Program-made: the position numbers and the translations under genes
Notes under the pieces: generated by a model
Databases searched by the model: none
The model's input: the letters and a program-made list of their open reading frames with translations, nothing else
Told to the model about the DNA's origin: nothing
Assembly (NCBI GenBank): GCA_934500865.1
Contig: CAKSUD010000019.1
Location: 1-27,463, forward strand
DNA length: 27,463 nt
Direction: 5' to 3'
Origin: an uncultured Clostridia bacterium
Lineage (GTDB): Bacteria > Bacillota > Clostridia > TANB77 > RGIG9151
Part shown: in pieces, positions 24,737 through 27,463 of the stretch
How the letters are laid out: each line of letters opens with the position of its first letter
Position numbering within the stretch: the stretch's first letter is position 1

Positions 24737-27463
24737 ATGAGTTTTGTTCATTTACATGTACATAGTGAATATAGCTTACTTGATGGTGCTATACGGATAA
24801 AAGATTTAGTTAGTAAGGCTAAAGAGTTTAATATGCCGGCTGTTGCCCTAACGGACCACGGCGTTATGTATGGCGTTGTTGACTTCTATAAAGAGGCTAA
24901 AAAAGAGGGGATTAAACCAATTATAGGTTCTGAAGTTTATGTAGCTTCTAGAAGTAGATTTGATAAAGATGCGAATGCTGGTGATGCCGAACGTGGTCAC
25001 CTTATTTTGCTATGCAAAAATAATGAAGGTTATAAAAACTTGACCAAACTTGTTTCCTTAGGATTTATAGAGGGATTTTATTACAAACCGCGAATCGACA
25101 AAGAAATCCTACGCAAATATTCAAACGGCCTTATAGGACTTTCTGCATGTTTGGCGGGAGAAATTCCAAGGGCGATTATTGAAAATAATTATGATAAAGC
25201 TCGTGAACTGGCGATAGAATATAATGAGATATTCGGACAAGGTAATTTCTTTTTAGAAATGCAAAGTAACGGTATTGATGAGCAGGTTTTAGTTAATCAA
25301 GGTATTGTAAGACTGGCTCGGGAACTAAATATTCCTCTTGTTGCAACAAATGACGCACATTATTTGACTAAAGATGATTATTACAGTCATGAGGTTTTAC
25401 TCTGTATTCAAACAGGCAAGAAGATGTCGGATACAGACAGACTAAGCTTTTCAACCAATGAGTTTTATTTAAAATCTGCTGAAGAAATGCAGGATAGATT
25501 TAAGAACTTTCCGGAGGCAATTGAAAATACATTAAAAATTGCAGATATGTGCAATGTCGAATTTGAGTTTGGCAAGTTAAAGTTGCCTGAATTTAAGATA
25601 GATACAAATATGACGCACGAGGAGTATTTTGAGGATAGATGTAGGAAAGGCGTAGAAAAAAGATATGCCAGAAGGCTTACAAAAGAGATATATGATAGAC
25701 TGGATTATGAAATTGATGTAATTAAAAGAATGGGATATGTAGACTATTTTTTAATAGTTGAGGATTTTATACGTTATGCAAAAGATAATGGAATTCCGGT
25801 AGGACCGGGACGTGGGTCTGCTGCCGGAAGTATTGTTGCTTATGCCTTAGAAATAACCGACATAGAACCGTTAAAATTTAATTTGCTTTTTGAAAGATTT
25901 TTAAATCCGGAAAGAGTAAGTATGCCGGATATAGATATAGATTTTTGTTACCAAAGGCGTCCTGAGGTTATAGATTATGTCATAAGAAAATATGGTAAGG
26001 ATCATGTTTCACAAATTATAACTTTTGGAACATTAGCGGCTAGGGCAGTTATTAGAGATGTTGGAAGAGTTTTGGATATCCCATATGCAAAAACTGATTT
26101 GGTGGCTAAGAACATTCCGAATGAGATTGGAATTACTATAAAAAAAGCTCTCAAAATGAATAAAGAACTAGAAGAACTATACGAGAGTGATTTTGAAGTT
26201 AAAAATATGGTTGACGTTTCTATGGCACTTGAAGGACTTCCACGCCATGCTTCTACTCATGCTGCCGGTGTTGTTATTACTAAAGATCCGGTTATGGATT
26301 ACGTTGCACTTTACAAAAATGATGACAGTATAACTACTCAATTTACAATGACTACTTTAGAAGAACTTGGACTTCTAAAAATGGACTTTTTGGGACTTAG
26401 AACACTTACTGTTATTAAAGATGCAATAAATTACATAAAAGAAAATACGGGTGTAGAAGTAAAGTTTGATGAAAATATGAGTGATCCGCTCGTATATAAA
26501 TTGCTGTCTGAAGGGAAAACAGAAGGTGTGTTCCAACTTGAAAGTGCCGGAATGAAGGAATTTATGCGAGAATTAAAGCCTGAATCGTTAGAAGATATTA
26601 TCGCTGGAATTTCTTTGTACCGTCCGGGTCCTATGGATCAAATACCAAGATATATAAAGAATAAAAATAACCCTGGAAGCGTTACATATATTCATAAGGC
26701 ACTAGAGCCAATATTGAACGTTACATATGGTTGTATGGTTTACCAAGAACAAGTTATGCAAATTGTTAGGGAATTAGCAGGGTACACACTTGGCCATGCA
26801 GATTTGGTAAGACGTGCAATGGCTAAGAAAAAAGCGGATGTTATGGCTAAAGAAAGAGAAGTGTTCGTAAAAGGATGCTTGGAGAGAAATATTGATGAGA
26901 TTTCGTCTAATAAAATTTTTGATGAAATGACGGACTTCGCAAAATATGCTTTTAATAAATCACACGCTGCCGCGTATGCTGTTGTGGCTTACAGAACAGC
27001 ATATTTAAAGGCTCATTATCCGGCAGAGTTTATGGCAGCAATGTTAAACAGCTTTATAGGGAGCTTAGATAGAGTCCCTCAGTATATAAGTGAGTGTAGA
27101 AAGCTCGGAATCGATATATTGTGCCCTAACATAAATGAGAGCACTACTTTATTTAGTGTAAAAAATAATGCTATAAGATTTGGACTTGCTGCTGTAAAGA
27201 ATGTTGGTGAGGCAGTAGTTAATGCCATTGTTATGGAGCGAGAGAAGAACGGACAGTTTAAGGATTTTGAGGATTTTTGCAAACGGACAGCCGGTAAAGG
27301 TATTAATAAAAAATGTGTAGAGTCATTAATAAAGTGCGGTGCATTTGATAGTATGCATTATAGAGCAGTTCTTCTTGAATCGTACGAAAAAATTATTGAC
27401 GGAATATCCTCACAAGAAAGAAATAATGTCTCAGGGCAATTTAACTTATTTGATATGGGTGTT
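24737..27463 (+). CDS. dnaE: DNA polymerase III alpha subunit DnaE, 5' partial (909 codons, continues beyond the window)
   Basis: Absent from the ORF track because no stop lies in the window. GGAGGAGAGAAGG SD then ATG 24737. My hand translation gives the PHP domain MSFVHLHVHSEYSLLDGA...LTDHGVMYG. The frame checked at the 3' end reads ...GISSQERNNVSGQFNLFDMGV, a typical DnaE linker. Confidence 0.93.
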   Translation, partial: MSFVHLHVHSEYSLLDGAIRIKDLVSKAKEFNMPAVALTDHGVMYGVVDFYKEAKKEGIKPIIGSEVYVASRSRFDKDANAGDAERGHLILLCKNNEGYKNLTKLVSLGFIEGFYYKPRIDKEILRKYSNGLIGLSACLAGEIPRAIIENNYDKARELAIEYNEIFGQGNFFLEMQSNGIDEQVLVNQGIVRLARELNIPLVATNDAHYLTKDDYYSHEVLLCIQTGKKMSDTDRLSFSTNEFYLKSAEEMQDRFKNFPEAIENTLKIADMCNVEFEFGKLKLPEFKIDTNMTHEEYFEDRCRKGVEKRYARRLTKEIYDRLDYEIDVIKRMGYVDYFLIVEDFIRYAKDNGIPVGPGRGSAAGSIVAYALEITDIEPLKFNLLFERFLNPERVSMPDIDIDFCYQRRPEVIDYVIRKYGKDHVSQIITFGTLAARAVIRDVGRVLDIPYAKTDLVAKNIPNEIGITIKKALKMNKELEELYESDFEVKNMVDVSMALEGLPRHASTHAAGVVITKDPVMDYVALYKNDDSITTQFTMTTLEELGLLKMDFLGLRTLTVIKDAINYIKENTGVEVKFDENMSDPLVYKLLSEGKTEGVFQLESAGMKEFMRELKPESLEDIIAGISLYRPGPMDQIPRYIKNKNNPGSVTYIHKALEPILNVTYGCMVYQEQVMQIVRELAGYTLGHADLVRRAMAKKKADVMAKEREVFVKGCLERNIDEISSNKIFDEMTDFAKYAFNKSHAAAYAVVAYRTAYLKAHYPAEFMAAMLNSFIGSLDRVPQYISECRKLGIDILCPNINESTTLFSVKNNAIRFGLAAVKNVGEAVVNAIVMEREKNGQFKDFEDFCKRTAGKGINKKCVESLIKCGAFDSMHYRAVLLESYEKIIDGISSQERNNVSGQFNLFDMGV

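Noticed and set aside
1-27463. Remaining short overlapping ORFs from the track: 1266-1457, 5312-5569, 6273-6491, 6394-6579, 7048-7257, 9379-9579, 10172-10375, 10786-11052, 12573-12770, 15342-15545, 15496-15777, 16215-16409, 17513-17728, 18669-18998, 19245-19550, 22863-23117, 27079-27282
   Set aside because: Each is nested in or antisense to a confidently identified gene, lacks an SD and has a shadow-frame composition. They are treated as non-coding.
1-27463. Search for CRISPR arrays, tRNA/rRNA genes, IS elements, integrases, phage genes, and riboswitch or T-box leaders
   Set aside because: Intergenic regions are short (mostly under 130 nt), AT-rich and accounted for by promoters, SDs and terminators. 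There are no regularly spaced repeats, no cloverleaf-capable GC-rich segments and no transposase- or recombinase-like ORFs.

Overview
AT-rich window (about one-third G+C by eye) from a low-GC Gram-positive genome, probably Clostridia/Tissierellia-like; taxonomy is inferred from gene order and protein motifs only. It is mostly core housekeeping DNA and largely co-directional on the + strand. Content in order: rluD, engB, tadA, a 3D-domain wall protein, nadD, a deacetylase-like exoprotein, a leaderless Cu/Zn-SOD, a DsrE/YedF-like protein and lepB. Next comes a trimmed version of the Firmicute yicC-remA-rpoZ-priA-def-rlmN-stp-prkC-rsgA cluster, followed by cmk-plsC-ispH-rpsA, typA, a HAD hydrolase, a RelE/ParE toxin pair and the 5' 909 codons of dnaE. 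The dnaE ORF runs off the window and is therefore absent from the ORF track. I see no rRNA/tRNA genes, CRISPR array, transposase, integrase or phage genes, and no obvious multi-gene defence island. The candidates for something undescribed are modest: (1) an autonomous promoter-to-terminator cassette of two diverged tandem paralogs encoding ~120-aa four-TM proteins of no family I recognise (16.9-17.8 kb); (2) a RelE/ParE toxin whose overlapping upstream partner is atypical for an antitoxin, with a long-range inverted repeat spanning its promoter and SD (23.9-24.65 kb); (3) an archaeal-type CMP-kinase-like P-loop protein where gmk/coaBC normally sit, with a canonical bacterial cmk also in the window; (4) a signal-peptide-less Cu/Zn SOD with a full ligand set, divergent from a TusA-less YedF-like gene. 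All family calls rest on motifs read by eye, and none was confirmed by a search.
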